DNA of 57,334 nt, taken from Verrucomicrobiota bacterium (lineage in GTDB: Bacteria; Verrucomicrobiota; Verrucomicrobiia; Verrucomicrobiales; DEV007). The first letter of the stretch is position 1, and every line of letters begins with the position of its first letter. The notes beneath the pieces are model-generated. The model worked only from the letters and a program-made list of their open reading frames with translations, was not told the origin of the DNA and did not search any database. This document shows, piece after piece, positions 29,278-39,800 of the stretch. The stretch spans positions 1 through 57,334 of the forward strand of contig JAHDFZ010000001.1 of NCBI GenBank assembly GCA_020627905.1. Direction: 5' to 3'. The position numbers were made by a program, and so were the translations under genes.

Positions 29278-30153
29278 ATGCAGGTTTTTTATGAAAAGGC
29301 TCCGTTCCTGGAGTTTGTGAAAGATAGCCAGCGTCTCGGACAATACCGAGCGCTCGTCCCCACTATGGGCGCTCTCCATCGCGGCCATACCAGCCTGATG
29401 GACCTAGCGCGATCGCACGTCGACTCAGGACCACATGGCTACGCCGATGGACTTGTAGGAACCAGCATTTTCGTCAACCCCACCCAGTTCGGACCGAACG
29501 AGGACCTGGATGCCTACCCGAGGACGCTCGATGCCGATCTAGAGGCCTGCGAACGCGCTGGCGTCGACTTTGTCTTTGCCCCCACCCGACCGGAGGAGGT
29601 CTACCCGGAAGACCCATCGGTAACCGTTTGTGAAGATACCTTATCTCTGCGGCACTGTGGCGCAAAACGCCCCGGGCACTTCGATGGCGTCTGTCTTGTG
29701 GTCGCGAAGTTGTTTCATCTCTTTCAGGCGCAGGCCGCTGTTTTCGGAGAGAAGGATTTTCAGCAGCTAGCCGTGATCCGTCGGATGGTGCGGGATCTCG
29801 ATTTCCCGATTGAGATCCTCAGCGGCGCGACCGTGCGGGAAGAAGATGGGCTGGCACTGAGTTCGCGGAATACCTACCTCTCGGCGGAGCATCGGGCGCT
29901 CGCGCCGCAGATTTACGCTGAGCTGAAGAGCTGTCGCGAGTGCTGGGATGCAGGTAAATATCCTTCGTGGCAGGCAGCGGAAGAAGGCCTCGCCGATCGG
30001 CTCCGAGCGATTCCGGAGGCCTCTCTTGATTATGCCCATCTTGTGGATTCGGCGACTTTGGCTTCGCCATCAGGATCACAACTGCCTCCCGAGAAGTATC
30101 GCTTTCTGGTGGCGGTTCGATTTGGCAAGACTCGGCTGATCGATAATTTGTAG
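29278..30153 (+). CDS. panC: Pantoate--beta-alanine ligase
   Basis: VPTMGALHRGH, SIFVNPTQF, RPGHFDGV, FGEKDFQQ, GLALSSRN, TRLIDN. Confidence 0.97.
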   Translation: MQVFYEKAPFLEFVKDSQRLGQYRALVPTMGALHRGHTSLMDLARSHVDSGPHGYADGLVGTSIFVNPTQFGPNEDLDAYPRTLDADLEACERAGVDFVFAPTRPEEVYPEDPSVTVCEDTLSLRHCGAKRPGHFDGVCLVVAKLFHLFQAQAAVFGEKDFQQLAVIRRMVRDLDFPIEILSGATVREEDGLALSSRNTYLSAEHRALAPQIYAELKSCRECWDAGKYPSWQAAEEGLADRLRAIPEASLDYAHLVDSATLASPSGSQLPPEKYRFLVAVRFGKTRLIDNL

Positions 30154-30230
30154 CGTGGATTGGATGTCCGGAGATCAAACGAGGGTATTAAGAACAATTC
30201 TGGTCTTGTTCTGATGCACGCTCTTGAGAA

Positions 30231-30253
30231 GGACGGCTACAAGCCGTCCCTCC
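30231..30253. repeat. Palindromic REP-like hairpin between convergent genes
   Basis: GGACGGCT-ACA-AGCCGTCC followed by CTCC; single copy in the window. Confidence 0.4.
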
Positions 30254-30289
30254 GTGGGCAGGGCTTCCGCTACTCCCAGGCGTTTCGCT

Positions 30290-31162
30290 TCATGATGCAA
30301 CCTCACGGATGACGCCTCGCACCCGCTCAGGGAGCGTTGTCGTGTTTTCCCAGAGAGCATGAGCAAACTGCCGCAGGGTCGCCGACTCGGAGATGGCTAC
30401 CAGCATCACGGAGATGATCGCCAGATTGACGAGGAAGGTCACCGCGTAGGAGAACAGCTTCCCATTCTGGCTGATATCAGACTGCTCCCGCCGCATCATG
30501 AAGACGGTGAAACTGATGTGAAACATCCAGGTCAGCCCGATGAAAAAGTTGAGGTAGATGAGGTGCCGCGGCTGAAAGTCGAGCCAGAGCCACTCGGCGA
30601 CGCCCCAGATCAGCATGAGCAGAGCTGTGTAAAAGGGGAAGAAATAGGGCGAGAGCGAAATGAGAAAGTTGTTCCGATCCGTCAGAATGTGACCTCCCTG
30701 CGTGGAGATGCGGACTTCACTTACCTGCCCCCGACAGACGAGAGCAAAAAACGCATGAGTCAGCTCATGTCCGGCAACATAGAGCCAGAGCACGGCCTTG
30801 CCGAACCAGCGCAGCAACGCTGTCCGACTGGCAAAGAACAGCGCCAGCCAAATGACCCCACCGAGGGCGAAGGCGAGAAACTCGCGCGACTTCCATCCCT
30901 CGGCGCCGAAGGTGTCCGCCTGCAGCAGCACCAGGAAGGTCTCGAGGAAAATCCAGCAGAGGGGCAGCAGGGCCAGTCCGATGAAAAATTTCACCCAGAG
31001 CACAGCTCGCTCGCTGAGAGCTGCCAGAGGATTGTAGCGGAACAGGCCACCACTGTGATGCTCCTCGACGAAGGCGCGCAACCCGTGCTGCGCCCGTTTT
31101 TTCGCCCGCTTGCGAGCCCCTTTCTGGCGCTTATTGGCCGGTTTTTTCGGGGCTTTCGCCAT
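30290..31162 (-). CDS. Membrane protein with HExxH motif, peptidase M50-like
   Basis: Several TM segments; YVAGHELTH motif; NFLISLSPYFFP. Confidence 0.65.
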   Translation of the reverse strand: MAKAPKKPANKRQKGARKRAKKRAQHGLRAFVEEHHSGGLFRYNPLAALSERAVLWVKFFIGLALLPLCWIFLETFLVLLQADTFGAEGWKSREFLAFALGGVIWLALFFASRTALLRWFGKAVLWLYVAGHELTHAFFALVCRGQVSEVRISTQGGHILTDRNNFLISLSPYFFPFYTALLMLIWGVAEWLWLDFQPRHLIYLNFFIGLTWMFHISFTVFMMRREQSDISQNGKLFSYAVTFLVNLAIISVMLVAISESATLRQFAHALWENTTTLPERVRGVIREVAS

Positions 31163-31185
31163 GCGAGTGAGGTCGGCCTGTTTAA

Positions 31186-31746
31186 TCAGGCGCGACCGAC
31201 ATATTTGCGGTCTTCGGAGCTGACCTTGATCTTGTCACCAGGCCCGACGAAGAGCGGCACCTGCACACGCAGTCCTGTCTCCAGAGTAGCCTCCTTCGTC
31301 GCTGCGGTAGCCGTGTCCCCTTTCACACCAGGAGCGGACTCTGTCACTTCCAGCTCGATGTTCGATGGAAGCTCGATGGCGACTGGCTTGCCGTCGACCT
31401 GGAGGACCTCGACCTCAAGACCGTCGATGAGGAGTAGGACATTATCACCGATGAATTCCTTCTGCAGAGTGATCGTGTCATAGGTGGTCGTATCCATGAA
31501 ATGATATCCCACCTGGTCGGAATAGCTGAACTCCAGCTTCTGACGCTCAGAGTGCACGACCTCCACCTTATCACTGGAGGCAAAGCGGATATCCTTCGTC
31601 TTTCCCGTCTGGAAGGAGCGAATCGTTGCCATGATAAGGGCATTTCCCTTACCGGGAGTCCGGTGCTCCAGGCCGAGAACGATACCGGTCTCGCCTTTGT
31701 AGTTGATGCACTGCCCACGCTTGAGATTGGTTGCTACGGTAGCCAT
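31186..31746 (-). CDS. efp: Translation elongation factor P
   Basis: RTPGKG loop, PGVKGDTAT, ETGLRVQVPLFV. Confidence 0.97.
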   Translation of the reverse strand: MATVATNLKRGQCINYKGETGIVLGLEHRTPGKGNALIMATIRSFQTGKTKDIRFASSDKVEVVHSERQKLEFSYSDQVGYHFMDTTTYDTITLQKEFIGDNVLLLIDGLEVEVLQVDGKPVAIELPSNIELEVTESAPGVKGDTATAATKEATLETGLRVQVPLFVGPGDKIKVSSEDRKYVGRA

Positions 31747-31903
31747 AAAATAAAGGGTTTTTGGTTGTTCGGACCCATCATGCCACGAATCGTTTGAAGC
31801 ACAAGATAGGAATCTGGCGGTGATCTACTATTATTGATTTCCTCGATGCATTTATTGATAAATACGAAAAGACGGCGGCTTAATTTCCGATGATGTTTTC
31901 CCC

Positions 31904-32650
31904 ATGACTCAATCAACCCTGCCAGCCAATGCTCCAGAGAAACTCGCGAAACGACGCCTCGGCGTGCTCATCCCGGCGCTCTGCCTGCCCTTTTTCGCTT
32001 CTTTGTTCTATTTCGTAATTTTTCCCGGGACGACCTTTGGCAACTCCTTCTATGTGGCGATCAAGATCTTCCTGCTCGTCTGGCCGCTGGTCGCGACCCT
32101 GGCGATCCTCAGGCAGCCCTTCAGCTTTCGACTACCCAGCACCTTTACCCGCCAACCGCAGAGCCGCTCGTGGCCTATGGGCATCATCTTCGGAGTGGCT
32201 ACCTGCGCGGTGCTTTTCGGCCTTCTGGAGATCCCCTTCTTCGCCAATCTGATCGAGGCCAGCTACCCCAATATCGCAGAGAAATGCGCAGGTATGGGTG
32301 TGGCCGACCATTTCATCTGGTTCGCGCTCTTTGTCTCCATCCTTCACGCGGGATTAGAGGAATACTACTGGCGCGGCTTTGTCTTCGGCCAGTTGCGACG
32401 CATCTGCTCCATGCCCACGGCTATCATCATCGCGGCTCTCGGCTTCACCTCGCATCACGTGGTGATACTCAGCCAGTTTTTCCCACTCGGGTGGGCATTC
32501 GCCTTCGGAGCCTGCGTCGGGATCGGCGGGGCAGTGTGGAGCCTGCTTTACTGGCAGTCAGGCCGTCTCTGGGGTGCGTGGATCAGCCATATGATTGTCG
32601 ATTTCGGGCTCATGTATATCGGGTGGAAGGCGATCAACTATGTCGGTTAA
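31904..32650 (+). CDS. CPBP (CAAX/Abi) family intramembrane metalloprotease
   Basis: EEYYWRG, FTSHH and HMIVD motifs in a multi-TM protein. Confidence 0.85.
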   Translation: MTQSTLPANAPEKLAKRRLGVLIPALCLPFFASLFYFVIFPGTTFGNSFYVAIKIFLLVWPLVATLAILRQPFSFRLPSTFTRQPQSRSWPMGIIFGVATCAVLFGLLEIPFFANLIEASYPNIAEKCAGMGVADHFIWFALFVSILHAGLEEYYWRGFVFGQLRRICSMPTAIIIAALGFTSHHVVILSQFFPLGWAFAFGACVGIGGAVWSLLYWQSGRLWGAWISHMIVDFGLMYIGWKAINYVG

Positions 32651-32707
32651 TGCAGCGGCCACGATCGCGCCCTTTGCCATCCGCCAGCGATCGCTCAAGG
32701 GTGCAGG

Positions 32708-33736
32708 ATGAGACTCCTTTCTCCGCTTCTGCTCTTTGTCGCCACGCTCACCTTTATCGCCCCACAGCTGCGCAGCCATGAGGCAGCTACTCACATGGCC
32801 GAGGTGGCGACCGATTTCCTCGGGACGCTGACTGAGGAGCAACGTGCCAAGGCCACCTTCGAGATCAAAGATCCCGTGCGCGAAGACTGGCATTTCGTTC
32901 CCCGCCCCTTCGAGGGAGAGGGTGTCCGCGTCGGCATACCTCTCAAAGAGCTGCGCGCCGACCAGAAGCATCTCGCCTATGCGCTGATCAGCACAGGACT
33001 AAGCCACCGGGGCTACACGACGGCCCTGCAGGTAATGAGTCTGGAATACGTGCTGTGGGAGCTTGAGCAATCTCCGCGGCGCGACACGGAGATGTATTAC
33101 CTGGCGGTTTACGGTAAACCGGGGTCGAAAGCGTGGGGCTGGCGAGTGGAGGGACATCACTTCTCTCAGCACTTCACAATTTTCGATGGGAAAGTCGTCT
33201 CAGGGACCCCGTCTTTCTTTGCCTCGAATCCGGGTAAAGTCATCCAGGGGGATCGGGCAGGATTGCGCGTGCTCGCGGCCGAGGAGGATACAGCTCGCGA
33301 CTTGGTGAAAAGCCTGACGGAAGAACAACAGGCGAAGGCCGTTTTTTCGCAGAAACCACCGAAAGAAATCCTGACAGTTGCTGATTCTGAAGTTGGACCA
33401 CTGGAGGAACAGGGCATCGTCGCTACGGAGCTGGATGACACGCAGCAGGAGCAACTGCAGAGCCTGCTGGAAGTCTACGTGCGAAGACTCCGCCCCGAGA
33501 TCGCCGATGAAGCATTGGCGAAAATCGCCAGCGAAGGCCTGGAGAGCGTCCGTTTCGCGTGGGCTGGTGGACTGGAGATGGCCGAGCCGCACTACTACCG
33601 CGTGCAGGGCGAGTCGTTCCTGCTGGAGTATGCGAATACCCAGAACAATGCCTACCACGTGCATGCTGTCTGGCGTCAGTTTGATCAGGATTTCGGTCGC
33701 GATCTTCTCAAAGAGCACTTCGAAAAGCATCATTAA
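32708..33736 (+). CDS. DUF3500 domain protein, secreted
   Basis: Signal peptide; WHFVP, WGWRVEGHHFS, TPSFF, HYYRVQG, EYANTQNNAYHVHAVWR. Confidence 0.88.
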   Translation: MRLLSPLLLFVATLTFIAPQLRSHEAATHMAEVATDFLGTLTEEQRAKATFEIKDPVREDWHFVPRPFEGEGVRVGIPLKELRADQKHLAYALISTGLSHRGYTTALQVMSLEYVLWELEQSPRRDTEMYYLAVYGKPGSKAWGWRVEGHHFSQHFTIFDGKVVSGTPSFFASNPGKVIQGDRAGLRVLAAEEDTARDLVKSLTEEQQAKAVFSQKPPKEILTVADSEVGPLEEQGIVATELDDTQQEQLQSLLEVYVRRLRPEIADEALAKIASEGLESVRFAWAGGLEMAEPHYYRVQGESFLLEYANTQNNAYHVHAVWRQFDQDFGRDLLKEHFEKHH

Positions 33737-33782
33737 GGGATGCGTGGAGCGAGCCTCTGTTTCAGTAACAATCTCTCATCGC

Positions 33783-33949
33783 TTCACGCTTTCACAAGCG
33801 CGGCTACAGACTGGCACCTGCACAAGGCTGCCTGCCAGCGTAGCCGCGCAGCTGAGCTTAGAAGCGCAAGCTCGTGGACCGGAGAGCACGGCCTGCGGCA
33901 GACAAAGTGCTGCATGTGGACAGATCCACGCAGTTACCGGCGAGGCTAC
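33783..33949. repeat. REP-doublet cluster 2 (full unit 33840-33949 plus a variant single REP at 33783-33807)
   Basis: GTAGCCGCG...GCTCGTGGACCGGAGAGCACGG...ATCCACGC..TTACCGGCGAGGCTAC; lies between convergent genes. Confidence 0.85.
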
Positions 33950-34038
33950 GGGGTGGGATGCGGCTGTGAAGTGTGGCCGCGATCCGCAAGGTCGTGAATC
34001 TGTCCAAATGGAAGCCTCTATTTCAACAGCAGGCATTA

Positions 34039-35157
34039 TTAGTCACCCGTTAGCTTTTTCGATAACTCGTAAGCACTGCGCTCTACCCAATTGTGGGCCA
34101 GCTTCCCATCACGCCACTCCCAGACGGCGATCCCCGTGAATGAAATCGGCTCCTTCGTTTTCTCCGTTCCGAACATCCCGAGGTTCTTTCCACGGACTTC
34201 CCAGCGCGAAACCACACGATCTCCCAACTCGCTAACAAAGACATCCTGATTGGTGATCCGCAGATCCCCCACCTTTGACTGGAAGCCGCGGATCCAGTCT
34301 TTAAACGCATCCCGCCCCTCGGTATCGACACCGGCAGAGGTGATAACGAAGTCCTCTGTCATCAGGCGATCCACCAGATCGATGTCGTAGGGAGGATTCC
34401 ACACTCCTTCCCAGAACTGAAGCAGGCTGTGCCGCGCGTCCGGCCCACTTTTCCAGACCTTCAGGGCATCCACCAGACGCTCCGGCTCAGCCCGCTCACG
34501 GTAATCGGCATCGGTAAAGGCGTAGAGGATTTCGCCCGATGGAGCAATGACATAGCTGGCGGCCAGAGGTAGGGTATCTGAGTCATCACCGTTTCGCTCG
34601 ATGGTATCAAATTTCTCATGCATCACGGCAGCGACGCCCTCTGTCATTTTGAAAACTAAGCCATACGAGTCGGCTACCTTGCTGCCGATATCCGAAAGCA
34701 CTTCAAATCCCAGCTCGTTCTCCATCTGGGTCGCCATGGCATGATCAGGCAGCTCGGGAGAGAGAGCGATCAGCGTCGCGCCAAGTTCCTGGATCTCCGG
34801 CAGCTTCTGCTGCAGAGCAGCCAGCTGGATATTGCAGTAGGGGCACCAGCCACCACGATACCAGGTCAGGATCACCGGGCCTTTTTCCAACTTCCCTGCT
34901 AGACTGACTTCCTCCCCTTTGTGATTGCTGAGAGTGAAATCAGGAGCCGTGTCACCGGTCTTTTTCACCCTCTCATATATCCCCATATCAGCGACAGAAT
35001 CGATCCCATCCTGAAAGAGGTCCTGGATCTCCTGGCTCACCCGCTCCGTAAAGCCAGCGCGGAATTCATTCAGCTGTTCGCTTAGGGAGGGAGAGTCAGT
35101 GGATTGAGCCATAATGGGAGAGAGCGCGAGGCAGCTGAAAAGGAAAACAGATTTCAT
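34039..35157 (-). CDS. Peroxiredoxin-like (AhpC/TSA) domain fused to a SnoaL/NTF2-like domain
   Basis: APDFTL, YRGGWCPYCN, DYRERAEP; C-terminal WEGVWN..DLVDRLMTEDFV...GDRVVSRWEVRG...ISFTGIAVWEWRDGKLAHNW. Confidence 0.85.
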   Translation of the reverse strand: MKSVFLFSCLALSPIMAQSTDSPSLSEQLNEFRAGFTERVSQEIQDLFQDGIDSVADMGIYERVKKTGDTAPDFTLSNHKGEEVSLAGKLEKGPVILTWYRGGWCPYCNIQLAALQQKLPEIQELGATLIALSPELPDHAMATQMENELGFEVLSDIGSKVADSYGLVFKMTEGVAAVMHEKFDTIERNGDDSDTLPLAASYVIAPSGEILYAFTDADYRERAEPERLVDALKVWKSGPDARHSLLQFWEGVWNPPYDIDLVDRLMTEDFVITSAGVDTEGRDAFKDWIRGFQSKVGDLRITNQDVFVSELGDRVVSRWEVRGKNLGMFGTEKTKEPISFTGIAVWEWRDGKLAHNWVERSAYELSKKLTGD

Positions 35158-35274
35158 AAGGATATCACCCAGACGATTGACAAGGGATCCCCTGACACGA
35201 CTAAGTCTTCCTAGACAGACTTTCTCTGCTCAGAGATGTTCAAAGCTTTTCTCACGCCTAGGCCGCTGGAAAGG

Positions 35275-35646
35275 TCAGGCCCAGCGTTTCACAGCCTCGA
35301 CGGAATCGTAGGGCAGTGAGTTAAAACAGATCTTCGCCTGCGGCGCATGCTGATGGAATGCATTGAGAGCCGCCTCAAAGAGCAGGAGATGATCCGGATC
35401 CGTGCGCACACCGGCGCCGACTAAAACGATGTCAGGGCTGAGCTCGATCAGCTCCGTTTCGATCTGCGCGAGAGCCGCGTCCGCATCAGCTGGCGTCAGA
35501 CACCAGCGGGCATCGAATCCGGCCTCGATCATCTCGGCGACCACCTGCTCAAAGGCTGCCTCCAGCTTCTCCGGCGAGAGATCCGGCCACTTGTCGTAGT
35601 CGACGGCATTGGAAGCCAAGCCGATCATGAGGACTTTTTGTTTCAT
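35275..35646 (-). CDS. Hypothetical protein
   Basis: Clean 123-aa ORF in an operon-like arrangement; VLVGAGVR...LFE..LNAFHQHAPQAKICFN. Confidence 0.7.
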   Translation of the reverse strand: MKQKVLMIGLASNAVDYDKWPDLSPEKLEAAFEQVVAEMIEAGFDARWCLTPADADAALAQIETELIELSPDIVLVGAGVRTDPDHLLLFEAALNAFHQHAPQAKICFNSLPYDSVEAVKRWA

Positions 35647-35659
35647 TAGCTATCCTTGG

Positions 35660-36142
35660 CTATCCCTGTTTTTCTCCTTCGGCAACCTTCTTCAAGGCCT
35701 CCTGCTGCAGCTGCTGAATTGCCGCGCTGCTCAAATTATAATTGAGGATCAGATATGGATCAGTCTTCTCCTTACGATACATGATTAGCTTGAGGGTTCC
35801 CTCTGCCTTTTCATGCATCACCTTATAATTCAGCGTTATGAAAGACCCTGACAGGCCATGTTGGCTTCCGGAAAAAGAATGCCAGCCGTTTGGAGTGTAT
35901 GACCGGAGCGGGCCGTGTGCCTTATCGATGACTGACTTGGACGTTTCCCAGTTGTCTGTTGAAGTTGCTCTCCAGAAAGCCGGCGCAAAAGCCGCGCTCG
36001 GGATGTGCTCCTCCGAGGCGATGCTGGCATCGAGGAGCGACTGCGCTGTTGCCTGTGCCTCAGTGAGCGATTGTTTGATTCCGCAGCCAGCGAGCACGGC
36101 AAACAGAAAAACAGTCACCAGGGCAGCAGATAATCTTCTCAT
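35660..36142 (-). CDS. Hypothetical lipoprotein
   Basis: MRRLSAALVTVFLFAVLAG-C lipobox; start moved to ATG 36142. Confidence 0.7.
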   Translation of the reverse strand: MRRLSAALVTVFLFAVLAGCGIKQSLTEAQATAQSLLDASIASEEHIPSAAFAPAFWRATSTDNWETSKSVIDKAHGPLRSYTPNGWHSFSGSQHGLSGSFITLNYKVMHEKAEGTLKLIMYRKEKTDPYLILNYNLSSAAIQQLQQEALKKVAEGEKQG

Positions 36143-36245
36143 GCCCGAGAATGACAGCCCACTCTCTGGAGAGCAAGCGTTTTCGATCATCTGTTCCACC
36201 ATCTTTCCCCTTTCGCTCTCACCAGAATAAGCTTTCTTGGCGGCT

Positions 36246-36842
36246 ATGACTTTAGACCTCCCAGAGCGCGATTTTGCGGGCATCATCTTCGACTGTGACG
36301 GAACCCTCGTGGACTCCATGCCGCTTCATTTTCGCGCCTGGACGGGAGCCTTCGAACAGATCGGAGCTCCCTGGAAATGGTCGGAGGATGAATTCTACGC
36401 TAATGCCGGGGTCCCTGATCGGGTGACGGTGATGGAGCTGAACGAACGCCATGGGGCGAGCATCGACCCCGATGAGGTGCATCGGCTGAAGGAGGTCTGG
36501 TATCAGGAGCACATGCATGAGCTGAAACCGGTCGAAGCGGTGGCTGAGCTGGCCAAGCGCTACGCTGATCAAGGGAAACCGATCTCCGTCGCCTCCGGTA
36601 GTGACATCAGCCTGGTGGAGCCATCGCTTGAGATTGCCGGCCTGCGCGATCTCTTTGACATCATTGTCACCCCTCGCGACGTCGAGCGTGGCAAACCCTT
36701 TCCTGACATGTTCTTACTAGCAGCGGAGAAGATGGAGGTGCCACCGGCAGACTGCCTCGTTTTCGAAGACGGTCAGGCGGGCATCGATGCCGCGATCGCT
36801 GCCGAAATGGCCTGGGTGTTCGTCCCGAGTCGAGACTCGTAG
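36246..36842 (+). CDS. HAD-superfamily phosphatase (beta-PGM/YqaB-like)
   Basis: IFDCDGTLVDSMPLH, VASGS, GKPFPD, VFEDG. Confidence 0.9.
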   Translation: MTLDLPERDFAGIIFDCDGTLVDSMPLHFRAWTGAFEQIGAPWKWSEDEFYANAGVPDRVTVMELNERHGASIDPDEVHRLKEVWYQEHMHELKPVEAVAELAKRYADQGKPISVASGSDISLVEPSLEIAGLRDLFDIIVTPRDVERGKPFPDMFLLAAEKMEVPPADCLVFEDGQAGIDAAIAAEMAWVFVPSRDS

Positions 36843-39800
36843 GTGAATCCTATGCACGAAGTCGTCGAGATCACTCGTCAGTGGCTGTTTGACACGGGCG
36901 GGTGGAAGGAGATGAAACCGGCTCGTGCGCTGCACGCTGCCGGGCGGGTGAGCAATGTGAAGTATGAAAACGGCTTTCTCACCGGCGAGGTCGTCGACGG
37001 CGGCAAAACCTTCTCCGCCCGATTGGAGATTCGCAGCCGCACGGATGTCATCAACCACTGCACCTGTTTCCGCGCCAGGAGGGATGGCATCATCTGCGCC
37101 CACGTGCTGGCCTGCGGACTGGAGCTGATCGAGCCGACAGAAAAGAAGGCGACTCCTTCACCAGCCGCTACGCAAGGATCTGCACCCAAGCGCACGCCCC
37201 TCTCCGCTGACTGGCCTGCCTTTACTGGAGCGCTTGATGACAAGGCCCTGCCCATTCAGCTGCACCTCGTAGTAGCTCCGAACCTGACAAAAGCCTGGGA
37301 CAGCGGCAAAATCACGCTTGGCGTCGAGGCAGCCTGGGAATGCCCCGACAGTGCTGAATCGCGGAAGCAGCTTTTCTCCACCCTCGCCGGGACTGAGAAG
37401 CTCTTCGTCGATGCAGCCGATGCTGCCGTTCTATCGTGGCTACAAACGGTTTCTCCCGAAACGGTGCCGGGGATGCTGAAAGTGAATGCGACGGAGTTCA
37501 CCGCTCTCGCCGATCTCGCTGCCGGCCACAGCCGCGTAACACTCGGCAAACGCGATCGGCTGTTCTTCTCTCCCAGCTCCTATCGCCCGGCGGTGGAACG
37601 GCAGAAGGGCTTTCGTTTTTCAGCCAGCCTGCCTGCTGAGATGACCCCGCTCCCCAGTTCGAAAGGTCTGTGGACTTTCGACACCCAGCAACATGTGCTT
37701 TCGGCGATCGCCCCTGAGCTGCCATCCCACCTGCAATCACTTTTCATCGGGGGGATCACTCTCTCGGACTCATCGTTTCGCAAGGACTACGAAGCCCTTG
37801 CCGCCTTCACCGCTCTCAAGCAGGAGGCCCTGGCCGAACCGCCTGCCATCATCGATCTTGACATCGAGGGGTCACTCAACCACCTCGACGCGAAACTAAC
37901 GTTCCATTATCCTCACGGCAGATTCCCGGCCACCGATGAAAGACCGGAAGCAAGCCTCGATGACGAGGATGCCATTATCCTCCATGACTCCGAGCGCGAG
38001 GACGCTGCAGTTGCCGCGCTGCTTGACGCTGGCTTCATACGAAAAGGCACCGGCGGCAGCTTTGTGCTGAAGGACAAGGAAGCCATCCTGCAATTCCTCG
38101 CTTTCGACTATCCGCAATTGAGCGAGAGCTGGCAGACGACGACGGGCGAACGCTTTGAGCACGCCATCAGCCAGGTAGAACCGGTCGAGGCCACTTTCAC
38201 CGTCAATCAATCGAGCGGATCAGACTGGTTTGCGCTCGATCTCGACTATCAGGCTGGCGGCACTCGCATCCCGCGAGCAGAGATCCGCCAGCTTCTGGAA
38301 AAAGGCCAGAGCAGCAAACGGAAAAGCTCCAACCGCATCGCAGTGCTGCGCTCCTCTACCATCGAAGAGATCGAATCAACAATCACTGACTGCGCACCCG
38401 ATCAATCGGCACCGGACCAGTTTTCCATCGGTCGTCAGCATCGGGCTTTTCTCGAAGAGACGGCCCATGATCTCGGCATTTCAGTGAAAGAGAAATCCAC
38501 TAAGAACGCAGCACCTGCAGAAGAGCTTTCGTTCTACCCTCTATCCGAGGAATTGGAGGCTACCCTGCGGCCTTACCAGCGCGAGGGCGTCACGTGGATG
38601 CAGGGTATCGCCACCAGAGGTCTCGGCGGCATCCTCGCCGATGACATGGGTCTCGGAAAAACTCTTCAGACACTTTCGTTTCTCTACTCGCTAGGCGGAC
38701 AGGCTCTCATCATCTGCCCCTCATCCCTCGTCGATAACTGGGCCGCCGAAGCCATGCGCTTCACGCCTGATCTGGCAGTGGCGAAGATTGTCGAACCGAA
38801 GCGCGAATCGAAACTGGCTACCGCGATGGCTGAGGCTTCCATTCTCATCACCAGCTACGCCGTATTCCGGCGCGATGCTGAACTATATCGGGAACTGCAT
38901 TTCGATGCCGTGGTGATCGATGAGGCACAGTCGATTAAAAATCCTGACGCAGCCATATCGAAAGCAGTTCATCAGGTGTCGGGGACGCATCGATTCGCCC
39001 TCACCGGAACACCGGTGGAGAACTCGGTGCGCGATCTCTGGTCCATCTGTCAATTTGTCAGCCCAGGTTATCTCGGCGGGCGGAAAGAGTTTTCAATACG
39101 CTTTGAGAAGCCTCTTTCTTCCACCAATGGCGATGCTCAGGCTGAGGCGAGGCTTCACCGCCGCCTACGCCCCCTCTTACTGCGACGGTTAAAAACAGAG
39201 GTGGCGAAAGAGCTTCCACCGAAGGTCGAGCAAGTGCTCTACGTTGATCTTACGAAGGATCAGCGACAGGTTTACAATCAGATCCTCGAGGAGAGCAAAA
39301 ACCAAATCCTCGACGCTGAGGGCGGGCGTCAGCGCATGCTCGCCCTTACTGCCCTCCTGCGTCTTCGTCAGGCATCCTGTGATCTGCGTCTGCTGGGTCT
39401 ACAGGACATGGAGGAGGAAGAAGCGTCCATCAAAGGGACGGCACTCGATGGGCTGCTCACCAGTGCGATCGAGGGCGGGCACCGCGTGCTTGTCTTCTCC
39501 CAGTTTGTCGAGATGCTGCAGATCCTCGTCCCTCAGCTGGCCAGCCAGGGGATCGATTTCTGCTATCTCGATGGATCGACGAAAAACCGGCAGCAGGTTG
39601 TAGATCGCTTCCAGTCCGAGGACATTCCGGTCTTCCTCATCAGCCTGAAGGCAGGAGGTGTCGGACTGAACCTGACGGCTGCTGACACCGTGGTTCACAT
39701 CGACCCGTGGTGGAATCCAGCCGTCGAAGCCCAGGCAACCGACCGAGCCTACCGCATTGGCCAAACACGGACCGTCAACAGCTACAAGCTGATCGCTCGC

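Noticed and set aside
30359-31483. 374-aa plus-strand ORF and other long antisense ORFs (e.g. 51928-52983, 23192-23971, 9699-10448)
   Set aside because: Antisense shadows of well-supported genes in GC-rich DNA; no motifs
31904-32650. CPBP/Abi protein as abortive infection or bacteriocin immunity
   Set aside because: The Abi name is historical; no bacteriocin or defence context
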